DNA of 64,000 bases from Bacteroidota bacterium (GCA_026391795.1 JAPLDI010000049.1:98594-162593), one strand, 5' to 3'; shown: positions 18,509 to 29,622, counted from the first letter of the stretch. Numbers and translations are program-made. Notes: generated from the letters alone by a model not told the origin.

Positions 18509-20107
18509 TTACTGGATAACGACCTTTTTATTGATTGTGCCGTTTTCCAATGTGGCTTTAAGGTTGTAGATGCCTGTGGTCAAACCGGAGGTATTTACAT
18601 TCACGGTTTTTGCATTCACAGTTTCGCTGATCACAAGCTGTCCGGCTGCATTGTAAACCTGGATTTCCTTAATGTTATTGACAGACTGAATTGTCATCAC
18701 ATCTTTTACAGGATTCGGGAATACAGAAACAACGTTTGCATTGAGATTGTTAACGCCAACACCGCCAACATGGATGTAACCGGTTTTGGTTAAGGTGTTT
18801 GATCCGTTTGCATTTGTCACGATCAGTTTTACATCGTGGTCTCCTGGAAGATTGTATGTGATCGCAGGCGGAGTCTGTAAAGCTGACGTTGACGGGGTCC
18901 CGTCGGTGAATGTCCAGGCCCAGGAGGTCGGACTTCCGGTTGATTCATTAACAAATGTAGCAGTTCCGCCAAGAGGAAGAAGGGTATCTGGTGTCATGAA
19001 AGCAGCAACGGGTAGTGTCGGGGGAACAAGAACGCCATGGAATCTGAAAATACCGTCTGTTGCATCGGTGTTAAATCCGCCGATCCATCCGGTTGAATCA
19101 TTCAACCATTTGCTGGTGGTTACCTGTGTACCGTTGATCGTTGGTTCGGGGCTCCAAGAAGCACCACCGTCATAGGAAAAAGAAACCCCTAAACGGTCGG
19201 GCTGATTAGTAAAGTCAACACCGCTTGTAACGTAGGTGCCGGTTGTGCCGGGAACAAACTGAATTTCACCAGCAAAGGGAGCACCGGTGTATGTCCTGTT
19301 TGTAAAGGTTGCTCCGCCATCCGAAGTTTTCTGGAGAAGGAGGGTGGTATCTGTTGTAGCCTGATATTTCAGGGCAAGTCCGTTTGTTCCGTCGCTGGTG
19401 GCCGGAAAGGAGTTCTTTGTCGTTGCAAAAGGAGCAGCAACGATCCAGTTGTGACCCTTGTCTGTGGAAGCAAAAATCCTTCCATGGTTTGTGCCAAACC
19501 AGATATTGTCGCCGTTTACACAAACATTTGAAGTGTATCCGTATTCACCAGACAATGGATTCGGGATCTGTGCACCAGGAACAGCAGTCCAGGTAGTTCC
19601 GCCATTGGTTGTTGTATAAATTTCAAATTCGCCATTGATGGGGTCGCCGAGAACGGTTCCGGTATTATCATCCCAGAAATAGATCCAATCCGGGAAAGAA
19701 TTGGCATTGGAAAATGGGGCAGTTGTCTGACGGGTCCAGGTGGTTCCGCCATTAGTTGTTTTATAAACACCGGCGAGGTTGCTGCCGGTTGCCTTATACA
19801 TGGCGGCATATGCCGTGGTTCCGCTGGTTGCGGAAAGCATAGATATCTGGAGTCCGGTTGTTGCGTTAACGATGCCAGCTGTCCATAAGGTTCCGCCATT
19901 GAGGGTCTTACTGAAATCCTGAACACCGTTGGTTCCACCCGTGCCATCATAGGCTGAAGCCCATACGATCTGATTGGAAACAATGGAGATGTTCATTACA
20001 CCTCTGGAAGCGGTTGTAAATCCAAGTCCCTGCTGGATCCATGTCTGTGAAAATAACTGGAAAGACAACAAGGTCAAACAAATAACTGATAGTAATGTTT
20101 TTTTCAT
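18509..20107 (-). CDS. T9SS-secreted BNR-repeat (Ycf48-like propeller) protein with PKD domain
   Basis: Signal peptide; KTTNGGTTW repeats; PKD; VFPNPV...KKVVIQ C-terminal domain. Confidence 0.88.
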   Translation of the reverse strand: MKKTLLSVICLTLLSFQLFSQTWIQQGLGFTTASRGVMNISIVSNQIVWASAYDGTGGTNGVQDFSKTLNGGTLWTAGIVNATTGLQISMLSATSGTTAYAAMYKATGSNLAGVYKTTNGGTTWTRQTTAPFSNANSFPDWIYFWDDNTGTVLGDPINGEFEIYTTTNGGTTWTAVPGAQIPNPLSGEYGYTSNVCVNGDNIWFGTNHGRIFASTDKGHNWIVAAPFATTKNSFPATSDGTNGLALKYQATTDTTLLLQKTSDGGATFTNRTYTGAPFAGEIQFVPGTTGTYVTSGVDFTNQPDRLGVSFSYDGGASWSPEPTINGTQVTTSKWLNDSTGWIGGFNTDATDGIFRFHGVLVPPTLPVAAFMTPDTLLPLGGTATFVNESTGSPTSWAWTFTDGTPSTSALQTPPAITYNLPGDHDVKLIVTNANGSNTLTKTGYIHVGGVGVNNLNANVVSVFPNPVKDVMTIQSVNNIKEIQVYNAAGQLVISETVNAKTVNVNTSGLTTGIYNLKATLENGTINKKVVIQ

Positions 20108-20321
20108 GATCAATGGTTTTTAATGAACGTTTCTGCAAACTTACATAAATTTTTTAAAAAAGCAACAGGGAAAGCAAAAAATCAGATACGCTTGTATCAA
20201 AAAAAAATTAACGTTTAAGGATTCCCTGATCCTGCGTTCTCCATCAGGAATGATGAACCAATTTTTTAGTACTTTTGCAAAGGATTTTTGAAAAGAAATT
20301 TTACAATTAAGGGAACGATCT

Positions 20322-21659
20322 ATGTTTGAAGGTTTGACCGATAAGCTCGACAGAGCGTTTAAAGTACTCAAGGGACAAGGGCATATAACGGAAATCAATG
20401 TTGCCGAGACCCTGAAGGATGTCAGGAAAGCACTCCTGGATGCTGACGTCAGTTTCAAGATTGCCAAGCAATTTACTGATACCGTCAAAGAAAAGGCCCT
20501 TGGACAGAATGTACTTACTTCAGTGTCCCCTGCACAACTGATGGTAAAGATCGTTCATGACGAACTTACCGGACTGATGGGGGGCATGAAAACCGACCTT
20601 AACCTGAAAGGTGACCTGACCATCATTTTAATTGCGGGTTTGCAGGGATCTGGTAAAACTACCTTTTCTGCAAAACTGGCCAACTACCTCAAAACCAAAA
20701 AAGGAAAAAGCCCGATGCTGGTCGCAGGTGACGTTTACCGTCCTGCCGCCATTGAACAACTGAAAATTCTCGGACAGCAAATCGACATTGAGGTCTATTC
20801 CGAGGATGAGAACAAGGATCCCGTCAAGATCGCTAAGCATGCCGTTGCGAATGCCCGTGACCGGGGATTCAATGTGGTGATCATCGATACGGCAGGCCGC
20901 CTGGCCATCGATGAGGAGATGATGAACGAGATAGCGAATGTGAAAAAGGCAACGAACCCCCAGGAAACATTGTTCGTCGTCGATTCCATGACGGGTCAGG
21001 ATGCTGTGAATACAGCAAAAGCATTCAATGACCGCCTTGATTTTGAAGGTGTGATCCTTACCAAACTTGATGGCGATACCCGTGGTGGCGCTGCATTGAC
21101 CATCCGGGCTGTGGTTGAAAAACCCATCAAATTTGTAGGGATCGGTGAAAAAATGGAAGCCATCGACATCTTCTACCCCGAACGAATGGCAGACCGTATC
21201 CTGGGTATGGGCGACATCGTTTCTCTTGTGGAAAGAGCACAGGAGCAGTTTGATGAAGTGGAAGCCCAGAAACTGCAGAAAAAAATTGCAAAGAACCAGT
21301 TCAACTTCAACGATTTTCTTTCCCAGATCAAACAGATCAAGAAAATGGGCAATGTCAAAGACCTGATGGGAATGCTGCCGGGAATGGGAAAAGCCGTAAA
21401 AGATCTCGATATCGACGACAATGCATTCAAAGGAATAGAAGCCATCATCCAGTCAATGACGCCGGAAGAGCGGGAGGATCCCACCGTAATCAACGGAAGC
21501 AGGCGAAAACGGATTGCAGGCGGAAGCGGCACAACCATACAGGAAGTCAACCGGCTCATCAAACAGTTTGATGATACCCGGCGCATGATGAAAATGGTGA
21601 CTGCCAGCAAAGGAAGAGGGATGGCTAACATGATGCGGAACATGAAAAGTATGAATTAA
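20322..21659 (+). CDS. ffh: Signal recognition particle protein
   Basis: GLQGSGKTT, DTAGR, TKLDGDTRGG, M domain SRRKRIA; TACTTTTG promoter at 20270-20277. Confidence 0.98.
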   Translation: MFEGLTDKLDRAFKVLKGQGHITEINVAETLKDVRKALLDADVSFKIAKQFTDTVKEKALGQNVLTSVSPAQLMVKIVHDELTGLMGGMKTDLNLKGDLTIILIAGLQGSGKTTFSAKLANYLKTKKGKSPMLVAGDVYRPAAIEQLKILGQQIDIEVYSEDENKDPVKIAKHAVANARDRGFNVVIIDTAGRLAIDEEMMNEIANVKKATNPQETLFVVDSMTGQDAVNTAKAFNDRLDFEGVILTKLDGDTRGGAALTIRAVVEKPIKFVGIGEKMEAIDIFYPERMADRILGMGDIVSLVERAQEQFDEVEAQKLQKKIAKNQFNFNDFLSQIKQIKKMGNVKDLMGMLPGMGKAVKDLDIDDNAFKGIEAIIQSMTPEEREDPTVINGSRRKRIAGGSGTTIQEVNRLIKQFDDTRRMMKMVTASKGRGMANMMRNMKSMN

Positions 21660-21673
21660 CAGAAAATATCATC

Positions 21674-22558
21674 ATGAATTTACTGGACGGGAAACTGGTT
21701 GCTGAGAAAATAAAGGCGGAAATTGCAACAGAGGTGAAAACAAAGATGCTGGACGCAGGCAGGGAAGCGCCTCACCTTGCTGCCATCCTGGTCGGTGATG
21801 ATCCTGCAAGCCAGACCTACGTTGCATCAAAAGAGAAAGATTGCCTGGAAGTCGGGTTTATCTCCTCGGTTTACCGGTATCCTGCAAATATAACCCAGGA
21901 TAAACTGCTTGAGTCCATCCGGTTTCTTAATGCCGACCCTGAGGTTGATGGTTTCATTGTACAACTCCCGCTTCCGAAACATCTGGACGAACATACTATT
22001 ATTGAATCGATTCATCCGGCAAAAGATGTGGATGGCTTTCATCCGGTCAATGTCGGACGAATGGTCCTTAACATTCCTTCCTACCTTCCTGCAACTCCTT
22101 ACGGGATTGTCACTCTGCTTGAACATTATAAAATTGAGACCGAGGGAAAACATTGTGTTGTTCTCGGGAGAAGCAATATAGTTGGTACTCCTATAAGTAT
22201 TCTGCTTTCCCGGAAGAGTAAAACAGGAAATGCAACCGTAACCCTTTGTCACAGCCATACATCTGACATCAAGGCCATCGCTGCCTCCGCAGATATCCTC
22301 ATTGTTGCTATGGGGAAAAAAGGGTTTGTGACTGCTGACATGGTTAAAAAAGATGCAGTCGTTGTCGATGTCGGCATTCACCGTATTCCTGCCAAAGAAA
22401 CGAAATCGGGCTACCGGCTGGTCGGTGATGTTGACTTCCAGGAAGTAGCAAAAAAATGCAGCTACATTACGCCTGTGCCCGGCGGAGTGGGACCGATGAC
22501 CCGTGTCTCTCTGCTGCTCAATACACTAAAGGCGGCAAAAAAGGAAATTAAATTCTGA
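21674..22558 (+). CDS. folD: Methylenetetrahydrofolate dehydrogenase/cyclohydrolase
   Basis: KDVDGFHP, PATPYG, GRSNIVG, TPVPGGVGPMT. Confidence 0.98.
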   Translation: MNLLDGKLVAEKIKAEIATEVKTKMLDAGREAPHLAAILVGDDPASQTYVASKEKDCLEVGFISSVYRYPANITQDKLLESIRFLNADPEVDGFIVQLPLPKHLDEHTIIESIHPAKDVDGFHPVNVGRMVLNIPSYLPATPYGIVTLLEHYKIETEGKHCVVLGRSNIVGTPISILLSRKSKTGNATVTLCHSHTSDIKAIAASADILIVAMGKKGFVTADMVKKDAVVVDVGIHRIPAKETKSGYRLVGDVDFQEVAKKCSYITPVPGGVGPMTRVSLLLNTLKAAKKEIKF

Positions 22559-22562
22559 CCGG

Positions 22563-23195
22563 TTGAACCCTCATGATGACATACTTTTGAAAGAAGGGAA
22601 AGTGCTTCCCTTAATGGAAGAATTTTATTCCATCCAGGGTGAAGGATATCACACCGGGAGACCTTCCTATTTCGCACGCATCGGAGGTTGCGATGTCGGA
22701 TGCAAATGGTGCGACGTCAAGGAATCATGGAATGCAGCAAAATATCCCCCTGTATCCACCGATACGATCATCCGGCATGCGGCCCTGTACCCTGCAAAGG
22801 CAATTGTTGTTACCGGAGGAGAACCCCTTCTTTATAACATGGATTATCTTTGTCAGGAGCTACACCGTCAAGGAATATCCACATTCCTTGAGACCTCGGG
22901 TTCTTCAAAGCTCAGCGGAGATTGGGACTGGATCTGTCTGTCACCGAAAAAAGACGGACCGCCCTTGCCAGTTATCTTTGAGAAAGCAAATGAATTAAAA
23001 GTAATCATTGAAAACATTCAGGATTTTTCCTGGGCTGAGGAAAATGCAGGGAAGGTTTTGCCCTCCTGTATTCTTTATCTTCAGCCCGAATGGAGTCAGC
23101 GTGCAACTATAATTCCGGAGATCGTAAAATACATCCAGGCAAATCCGAAATGGAAGATCTCCATCCAGGCACATAAATACATGAGGATACCCTAA
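22563..23195 (+). CDS. queE: 7-carboxy-7-deazaguanine synthase
   Basis: EEFYSIQGEG, CDVGCKWCD radical SAM motif, TGGEP, SPK, QAHKY. Confidence 0.93.
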   Translation: MNPHDDILLKEGKVLPLMEEFYSIQGEGYHTGRPSYFARIGGCDVGCKWCDVKESWNAAKYPPVSTDTIIRHAALYPAKAIVVTGGEPLLYNMDYLCQELHRQGISTFLETSGSSKLSGDWDWICLSPKKDGPPLPVIFEKANELKVIIENIQDFSWAEENAGKVLPSCILYLQPEWSQRATIIPEIVKYIQANPKWKISIQAHKYMRIP

Positions 23196-23203
23196 GTTTT
23201 AAC

Positions 23204-23287
23204 TTACGAATTACGAATTACGAATGATTTGAAACTATTTTTCATGAAGTAACATCCAGCATCCAGTATCCAGCATCCAGCATCCAG
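23204..23287. repeat. Composite intergenic repeat TTACGAA x3 plus CATCCAG x5
   Basis: ttacgaa x3 (23204-23224); catccag catccag tatccag catccag catccag (23253-23287). Confidence 0.85.
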
Positions 23288-23298
23288 CATCAGTTACC

Positions 23299-25161
23299 AT
23301 GACACCGAAATCCATTCTGTTCCCAATTGCATTCTTCCTTTTGCTGGTTACAACATGCGTGACTGCACAGACTGCCCCGCTTTCAACGAAGTCGAAAAAG
23401 GCTGCCGCACTGTTCACGGAGGCAATCAACTTTTACGACCAGAAAGACTACATGAAAGCCATAAGGAACCTCGATCGGGCAATAAAGGAAGATTCGGCCT
23501 TTGTCGAAGCCTTTATCCTGAAAGGGGATATCTTGTCGGATCAGCAGTATCCCCATGAGGCGATCGTACAATATAAAATGGGAATTGCAGCAAACCCCGA
23601 TTATTCTCCAGTCCTTTATTATATTGTTGCCAATGTGGAGTTGATGACAGGCCGGTATGAAGATGCCCGGAGAGATTATGAAAAATTCCTTGGTTATCCT
23701 GACCAACAGAAGGAAAAACAGGCGAAAGCCCGGAAGAATATCAATTCCTGCAGCTTTGGAATATCCTCGATGGCCCATCCGGTTCCTTTTAAACCGGTAA
23801 ATCTGGGGGATAGTATCAATTCCCCATATGACGACTTTGTCAATGCCGTAACAGCAGATGAACGGCAATTGTTTCTGACCCGTAAACTTCCAAAACCACA
23901 CCCTTCTTCCAATGAATCAACTGAGTTTAACGAGGATTTTTACAAGGCGGTAAAACCCGACAGTATCTGGCACAAAGCATTAAATATCGGCCCCCCCGTC
24001 AACACCGAAGAAAATGAAGGAGCCTTGTGTATCTCGCCTGATGGAAAATATATATTTTTTGCAGCCTGCAACCGTGCAGATGGATTCGGCAGTTGTGACC
24101 TCTATTGGTCAAAACTGACTGGTAGCGACTGGTCGGCTCCCGAAAACCTGGGGCCGGCAGTAAATTCTTCATCCTGGAAAACAGAGCTGGAGCCGGATGC
24201 AACCTGGAGTATCCCCGTTAATCTCGGGGACTCTATAAATACGCGGTATGAAGAGATGGCACCGTTTATCCATCCCGATAACCGGACTTTGTATTTTTCC
24301 TCAAGAGGTCACCAGGGGATGGGTGGCTACGATCTGTATTATTCAAGGATGGATGCAGATGGAAAATGGACACTCCCGGTAGACCTGGGATATCCTATAA
24401 ATACCTATGCCGACGAGATCACCCTGGTGGTGAATGCAAAAGGGGATCTGGCCTATATTTCAAGTGACAAACTTGGTGGTAAGGGAGGAATGGACATCTA
24501 TTCCTTTAAATTATACAAAGAAGCACAGCCTGTACTGGTTACTTATTTTAGAGGAATTGTTTTTGATAAGGATACGAAAAAGCGCCTGGAAGCAAAGTTT
24601 GAACTGGTTGATCTGTCCTCTGGAAAAACCGTCTCCAGATCCTCTTCCGACCCGGTCAGCGGGGAATTCCTGCTGTCCTTGCCAACAGAGAAAGAGTATG
24701 GCTTGAGTGTTTCAAGACCGGGATATCTGTTCTATTCTGATCATTTTGAATTGCGGGGCGAAAGTTCAAAAGCCAAACCCTTTATCTACAATGTTCCACT
24801 GCAACCCATCAGGGTAGGAGAGACCGTGATCCTGAAAAATATTTTCTTTGATACCGACAAATATGACCTGAAGGAGGAATCCAGGAGTGAACTTGCAAAG
24901 CTGATGCAGTTGTTGCGAGGCAATCCCTTGATTCATATTGAGATCAGCGGGCATACTGACAATCAGGGTTCTTCCGACCACAACATGGTCCTTTCCCGTA
25001 ACAGGGCACAGGCTGTCTATGATTATCTTATCCTCAACGGGATTCCGAAAGACCGGCTGACCTATACGGGTTACGGCCTTACCCGTCCAATCGACACCAA
25101 CGATACCGAACAGGGCCGGGCAAATAACAGGAGAACAGAGTTTAAGGTAATTTCTCAGTGA
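23299..25161 (+). CDS. TPR-PD40-CarboxypepD-OmpA family protein (PorE-like architecture)
   Basis: TPR helices, PD40 repeats (P.NLG..IN), C-terminal OmpA domain (GHTDNQG...LSRNRA...NRRTEF). Confidence 0.9.
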   Translation: MTPKSILFPIAFFLLLVTTCVTAQTAPLSTKSKKAAALFTEAINFYDQKDYMKAIRNLDRAIKEDSAFVEAFILKGDILSDQQYPHEAIVQYKMGIAANPDYSPVLYYIVANVELMTGRYEDARRDYEKFLGYPDQQKEKQAKARKNINSCSFGISSMAHPVPFKPVNLGDSINSPYDDFVNAVTADERQLFLTRKLPKPHPSSNESTEFNEDFYKAVKPDSIWHKALNIGPPVNTEENEGALCISPDGKYIFFAACNRADGFGSCDLYWSKLTGSDWSAPENLGPAVNSSSWKTELEPDATWSIPVNLGDSINTRYEEMAPFIHPDNRTLYFSSRGHQGMGGYDLYYSRMDADGKWTLPVDLGYPINTYADEITLVVNAKGDLAYISSDKLGGKGGMDIYSFKLYKEAQPVLVTYFRGIVFDKDTKKRLEAKFELVDLSSGKTVSRSSSDPVSGEFLLSLPTEKEYGLSVSRPGYLFYSDHFELRGESSKAKPFIYNVPLQPIRVGETVILKNIFFDTDKYDLKEESRSELAKLMQLLRGNPLIHIEISGHTDNQGSSDHNMVLSRNRAQAVYDYLILNGIPKDRLTYTGYGLTRPIDTNDTEQGRANNRRTEFKVISQ

Positions 25162-25263
25162 CGGCAGGGGATGGAAGATCGAGAATCGAAAATCGGGCAT
25201 CACCAGAGACATCCAGCCTTATTCTATCCCCATCCTCAATCTTCCACCTTCAGATATCTTTTA

Positions 25264-25295
25264 TTTGTAACTCTGATTCTTAATAACTACCTTTG
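25264..25295 (+). promoter_or_regulatory. thrS promoter
   Basis: TTTG-N20-TACCTTTG, matching Bacteroidota -33/-7 spacing. Confidence 0.7.
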
Positions 25296-25324
25296 CACCC
25301 CTAAATTTTCAGGAGAATTCCAGA

Positions 25325-27268
25325 ATGATAAACATAACGCTACCCGATAATTCCGTGAGGCAATATGCCGAAGGCATTACCGGAATGGAAATCGCAAAAA
25401 GCATCAGTGAAGGGCTTGCACGCAATGTGCTCTCGGTAAAGGTGAATGATGAGGTCTGGGATGCCACACGTCCGATCACCACTGATGCAAGAGTTCGGTT
25501 GCTTACCTGGAACGATGAAGAAGGCAAAGGCACATTCTGGCACTCATCTGCCCACCTCATGGCAGAAGCAGTTGAGTTTCTTTACCCCGGAGCCAAGTTT
25601 GGCATAGGCCCTCATATTGAGAGCGGATTTTACTATGATATTGATTTTGGTGATAAAGCCATCTCATCGGAGGACTTTCCGAAGATAGAAGCCAAGATGA
25701 TGGAACTGGCAAAAGCCAACCAGACATTTGTCCGGAAAGAAGTTCCGAAAGCTGATGCACTGGATTATTTTACCAGAAAACAGGATGAATACAAGATCGA
25801 ACTGATCAGGGACCTTGAAGACGGGCAGATTACTTTTTATGAATCCGGACATTTTACGGATCTATGCCGTGGGCCTCACCTTCCGGATACTTCATCCATC
25901 AAGGCCGTCAAATTGCTGAATACAGCCGGTGCATACTGGAGGGGGGATGAAACCCGCCGCCAGCTTACCCGTATCTATGGCATCACCTTCCCAAAGCAAA
26001 AGGAACTTACAGACTATCTGACTCTTCTTGAAGAGGCAAAAAAACGCGACCATCGCAAGATCGGCAGGGAAATGGAGCTTTTCACCTTCTCTCAGAGAGT
26101 CGGCCAGGGTCTCCCTTTATGGCTTCCCAAAGGTGCACTGCTAAGAGAACGCCTCGAAATGTTCCTTAAAAAAGTACAGAAGAAAGCCGGATATCAGCAG
26201 GTCATTTGCCCGCATATCGGAAATGTGGAGCTGTACAAAACATCAGGGCATTATCAGAAATACGGAGAAAGCTCTTTCCGGCCTATCACAACCCCGGTTC
26301 CTGGGGAAGAATTTTTTCTCAAACCAATGAATTGCCCTCACCATTGCGAAATTTATTCATCCAAGCCGAGATCCTATAAGGAGCTTCCTGTCCGCATCGC
26401 AGAATTCGGTACCGTTTACCGGTATGAACAGAGCGGGGAACTTCACGGACTGACCCGCGTTCGCGGATTTACACAGGATGATGCGCATATATTCTGTACT
26501 CCCGAACAGGTGAAAGACGAGTTTAAAGGTGTGATTGATATCGTCATGCTGATTTTCAAAGCACTCGACTTTAAAGATTTTATTACCCAGATATCCTTCC
26601 GCGACAAGAACAACAAAGAGAAATACATTGGAACGGACGAAAACTGGGAAAAGGCCGAACAGGCCATCCTGGAAGTGGCACAGGAACGGAACTTGAATTA
26701 TGTTGTGGTTCCCGGCGAGGCCGCATTCTATGGCCCTAAGATGGATTTCATGGTGAAAGACGCCCTCGGAAGAAAATGGCAGCTGGGAACGATTCAGGTT
26801 GATTATAATCTTCCCGATCGTTTTGAGCTCGAATACATTGGAAGCGACAACCAGAAACACCGGCCTGTAATGATTCACCGGGCACCGTTCGGTTCGATGG
26901 AACGGTTCGTGGCTGTGCTGATCGAGCATACGGCAGGACAATTTCCGCTCTGGCTTACTCCCGATCAGGTTATCATCTTGCCTATCAGTGAAAAATATCA
27001 GAATTACGCAGAAAAAGTTTTACAATTCCTGAATAATTCCGATATTCGCGCCCAAATTGACGACAGGAACGAGAAGGCAGGGAAGAAAATCAGGGATGCC
27101 GAGCTGGCAAAGATCCCTTTTATGCTGGTCGTAGGAGAGAGAGAAGAACTGGAAGGGACCGTTTCTGTCAGAAAGCATGGCCAGGGAGATCTCGGTCCGC
27201 AAAAAATGGAAGATTTTGCCCTGTTCATTCAGGATGAAGTCGCAAAAGAACTTGGAGAGATTAACTGA
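25325..27268 (+). CDS. thrS: Threonyl-tRNA synthetase
   Basis: TGS domain, [42 protein letters not shown]. Confidence 0.99.
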   Translation: MINITLPDNSVRQYAEGITGMEIAKSISEGLARNVLSVKVNDEVWDATRPITTDARVRLLTWNDEEGKGTFWHSSAHLMAEAVEFLYPGAKFGIGPHIESGFYYDIDFGDKAISSEDFPKIEAKMMELAKANQTFVRKEVPKADALDYFTRKQDEYKIELIRDLEDGQITFYESGHFTDLCRGPHLPDTSSIKAVKLLNTAGAYWRGDETRRQLTRIYGITFPKQKELTDYLTLLEEAKKRDHRKIGREMELFTFSQRVGQGLPLWLPKGALLRERLEMFLKKVQKKAGYQQVICPHIGNVELYKTSGHYQKYGESSFRPITTPVPGEEFFLKPMNCPHHCEIYSSKPRSYKELPVRIAEFGTVYRYEQSGELHGLTRVRGFTQDDAHIFCTPEQVKDEFKGVIDIVMLIFKALDFKDFITQISFRDKNNKEKYIGTDENWEKAEQAILEVAQERNLNYVVVPGEAAFYGPKMDFMVKDALGRKWQLGTIQVDYNLPDRFELEYIGSDNQKHRPVMIHRAPFGSMERFVAVLIEHTAGQFPLWLTPDQVIILPISEKYQNYAEKVLQFLNNSDIRAQIDDRNEKAGKKIRDAELAKIPFMLVVGEREELEGTVSVRKHGQGDLGPQKMEDFALFIQDEVAKELGEIN

Positions 27269-27330
27269 TAATTGACAATTGATAATTGATAATTTTGGAA
27301 GTCGGAAAACAGAAATCAGAAAACAGAAGT
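27266..27330. repeat. Composite intergenic repeat TGATAAT x4 plus CAGAAAW x4
   Basis: tgataat tgacaat tgataat tgataat; cggaaaa cagaaat cagaaaa cagaagt. Confidence 0.75.
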
Positions 27331-27391
27331 CAACTATCTGACCTGCGACCCCAGGCTTCATCAGTAATAACTAAACATAGGAGAACGAATT

Positions 27392-27955
27392 ATAGCACTT
27401 CCGTTTAATAGCAATTTTAACAGGGGCGGCCGCCGACCTTTCGTAAAAAAAGAAGATCCTCACAAGATCAATGAACACATAAAAGCTTCTGTTGTTCGGG
27501 TGGTTGGAGAAAATGTTGAACCGGGTATTTACAACCTGCGTGAAGCATTGGTAATGGCAGAAACCAGAGGTCTCGACCTGGTCGAAATTTCACCTACCGC
27601 GAACCCGCCGGTTTGCAGGGTAATAGATTATAAAAAGTTCCTTTACGAACTGAAGCGGAAACAGAAGGAGATGAAGGCAAAGACGGCGAAAATCGTAGTA
27701 AAGGAAATCCGTCTGGGGCCCAATACGGATGACCATGATTTCAACTTTAAGCTGAATCATGCGATCAAATTCCTGAAGGATGGAGCCAAGGTGAAAGTGG
27801 ATGTGTTTTTTAAAGGAAGATCTATTATATATAAGGAACAGGGAGAACTGATCCTGCTGAAGTTTGCGCAGAGCATTGTGGATTATGGGAAAATTGAGCA
27901 ACTGCCGCGACTGGAAGGAAAAAGAATGATCATGATCATTGCTCCCAAGAAATAA
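27392..27955 (+). CDS. infC: Translation initiation factor IF-3 (non-AUG start)
   Basis: The frame extends upstream of the ORF-track GTG ([35 protein letters not shown]). In-frame ATT at 27389 and ATA at 27392; DLVEISP..PPVC. Confidence 0.93.
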   Translation: MALPFNSNFNRGGRRPFVKKEDPHKINEHIKASVVRVVGENVEPGIYNLREALVMAETRGLDLVEISPTANPPVCRVIDYKKFLYELKRKQKEMKAKTAKIVVKEIRLGPNTDDHDFNFKLNHAIKFLKDGAKVKVDVFFKGRSIIYKEQGELILLKFAQSIVDYGKIEQLPRLEGKRMIMIIAPKK

Positions 27956-28009
27956 TGAATAGTATTTTTTAAAGAAGAAATCAATAATCACAACTATAAA
28001 AACAACCCA

Positions 28010-28204
28010 ATGCCAAAAATGAAATCAAAATCCGGCGCCAAGAAAAGATTTGACGTTACAGGTACCGGAAAAATCAAACGGAAGCATGCTTACAAAAGTC
28101 ACATCCTCACAAAAAAATCAACCAAAAGGAAACGTAACCTAACCTATTCCACTTTGGTCGATAAAGCCGATGTAGCCAATGTCAAGGAAATGATTCAACG
28201 TTAA
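28010..28204 (+). CDS. rpmI: 50S ribosomal protein L35
   Basis: [14 protein letters not shown]...HILTKK. Confidence 0.98.
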   Translation: MPKMKSKSGAKKRFDVTGTGKIKRKHAYKSHILTKKSTKRKRNLTYSTLVDKADVANVKEMIQR

Positions 28205-28274
28205 TTCATCATTGTTTAACTTACCGCAGCTTTAAGGACCCGTTAAGGGACGCTCAGGTAGAAAAATCGTAAAA

Positions 28275-28622
28275 ATGCCAAGATCAGTAAATGCAGTAGC
28301 TTCAAGAACCAGAAGGAAGAAGCTTCTGAAACAGACCAAAGGGCAATTCGGACGCAGGAAAAATGTCCTGACCGTTGCCAAAAATTCACTGGAAAAAGGT
28401 TTAACCTACGCATACCGCGACCGCAGGACCAAGAAAAGAAACTTTCGTGGCCTGTGGATCACCCGTATCAATGCTGGGGCCCGTGAACATGGAATGTCCT
28501 ATTCGGTTTTTATGGGTAAATTGCTGGAGAAGAACATAACACTGAACCGCAAGAGCCTGGCCGATCTCGCAATGAACCATCCGGAAGCTTTTAAGGCTGT
28601 CGTTGATTCGTTGAAGGATTAA
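28275..28622 (+). CDS. rplT: 50S ribosomal protein L20
   Basis: [26 protein letters not shown]. Confidence 0.98.
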   Translation: MPRSVNAVASRTRRKKLLKQTKGQFGRRKNVLTVAKNSLEKGLTYAYRDRRTKKRNFRGLWITRINAGAREHGMSYSVFMGKLLEKNITLNRKSLADLAMNHPEAFKAVVDSLKD

Positions 28623-28872
28623 GCTTTCATAAAACAATTTCTTAGATTGCCATGACGCATCAGAATTGTTGCGTCGATGTGTCTTTTACGCGTTGCGTGT
28701 AATTGGTATTTCCGTTAGAGTTCTTTCCCAGAGATAGAAAGTATTCTTATTTGAAGAATATACATTGAATGCCTTTTGTACAACTGTTAATAACTATATT
28801 CTAAAAATCTCTCCTGTTTTTTTTATTACACTGAAAAATCTATATTTGCACAAATAAATTAAACCCTTACCT

Positions 28873-29601
28873 ATGAAAAAATTCTATTTCGCCATTGTGG
28901 CTTCCCTGTTGCTTGCAAGCTTTCCTACATTCGCACAAAAAGGATTGTACTTGGGAGTTGCCGTCTCTGCCAATTCCGTCTGGATCACAAACCAGAACAA
29001 TTACGGCCTTCCTGAAATGGATTATTCCACCACTTTCGGAATGGCAGAAAATATCAATGTGGGATATGATTTTACTAATCATCTCGGTTTAAAGATTGAA
29101 TTCGGTCTCAACCGGATCGGTGAGAAATATCACGATACAAAAGACACTATTACCGGCATGGAAACCTTTGCCCGGGAAGTCAAACTGGATTATTTTAACA
29201 TTCCCGTATTGTTCAAGTACAGGACAGGAGGAAAAATTGTAAAGTTCTATGTAGCTGTGGGTCCCCAGTTCAATTTCCTGCGCACGGCAACCCAGACCTA
29301 TACGAAGGATGGGGTGCCTTTTTCAACAGTGTTGACTAATCTTGCAGGAAAAAAATTCGATGCCGGCGCAGAGGATATCAAGGATCGTTATAACGCAATG
29401 GACATTGTCGCAAGAATGGATCTCGGGATTAACATTATGATCATCCAGCACCTGATGATCGACTTCGGATTTACCTGCGGTTATGGCTTAAAGGACTTGA
29501 ACGCATCCGATTACAAGATGGGTGATTTCTCTTCGGGTGTTTATCATCCTTCACACAGCGTTTTTGGTGGTCTTACCCTTGGAGTAGGATGGCATTTCTA
29601 A
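28873..29601 (+). CDS. Outer-membrane beta-barrel (porin family) protein
   Basis: Signal peptide, LDYFNIPVL, GPQFNFL, terminal aromatic residue; TATATTTG promoter at 28841. Confidence 0.8.
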   Translation: MKKFYFAIVASLLLASFPTFAQKGLYLGVAVSANSVWITNQNNYGLPEMDYSTTFGMAENINVGYDFTNHLGLKIEFGLNRIGEKYHDTKDTITGMETFAREVKLDYFNIPVLFKYRTGGKIVKFYVAVGPQFNFLRTATQTYTKDGVPFSTVLTNLAGKKFDAGAEDIKDRYNAMDIVARMDLGINIMIIQHLMIDFGFTCGYGLKDLNASDYKMGDFSSGVYHPSHSVFGGLTLGVGWHF

Positions 29602-29622
29602 GAGATTGTGAAAATCAATTAT

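Noticed and set aside
22563..23195. queE as a marker of a 7-deazaguanine DNA-modification (dpd) system
   Set aside because: Housekeeping ffh-folD-queE context; no dpdA/tgt paralogue nearby
25162..25324. T-box or attenuator upstream of thrS
   Set aside because: The promoter lies ~30 nt before the ATG, leaving no room; no T-box motif seen
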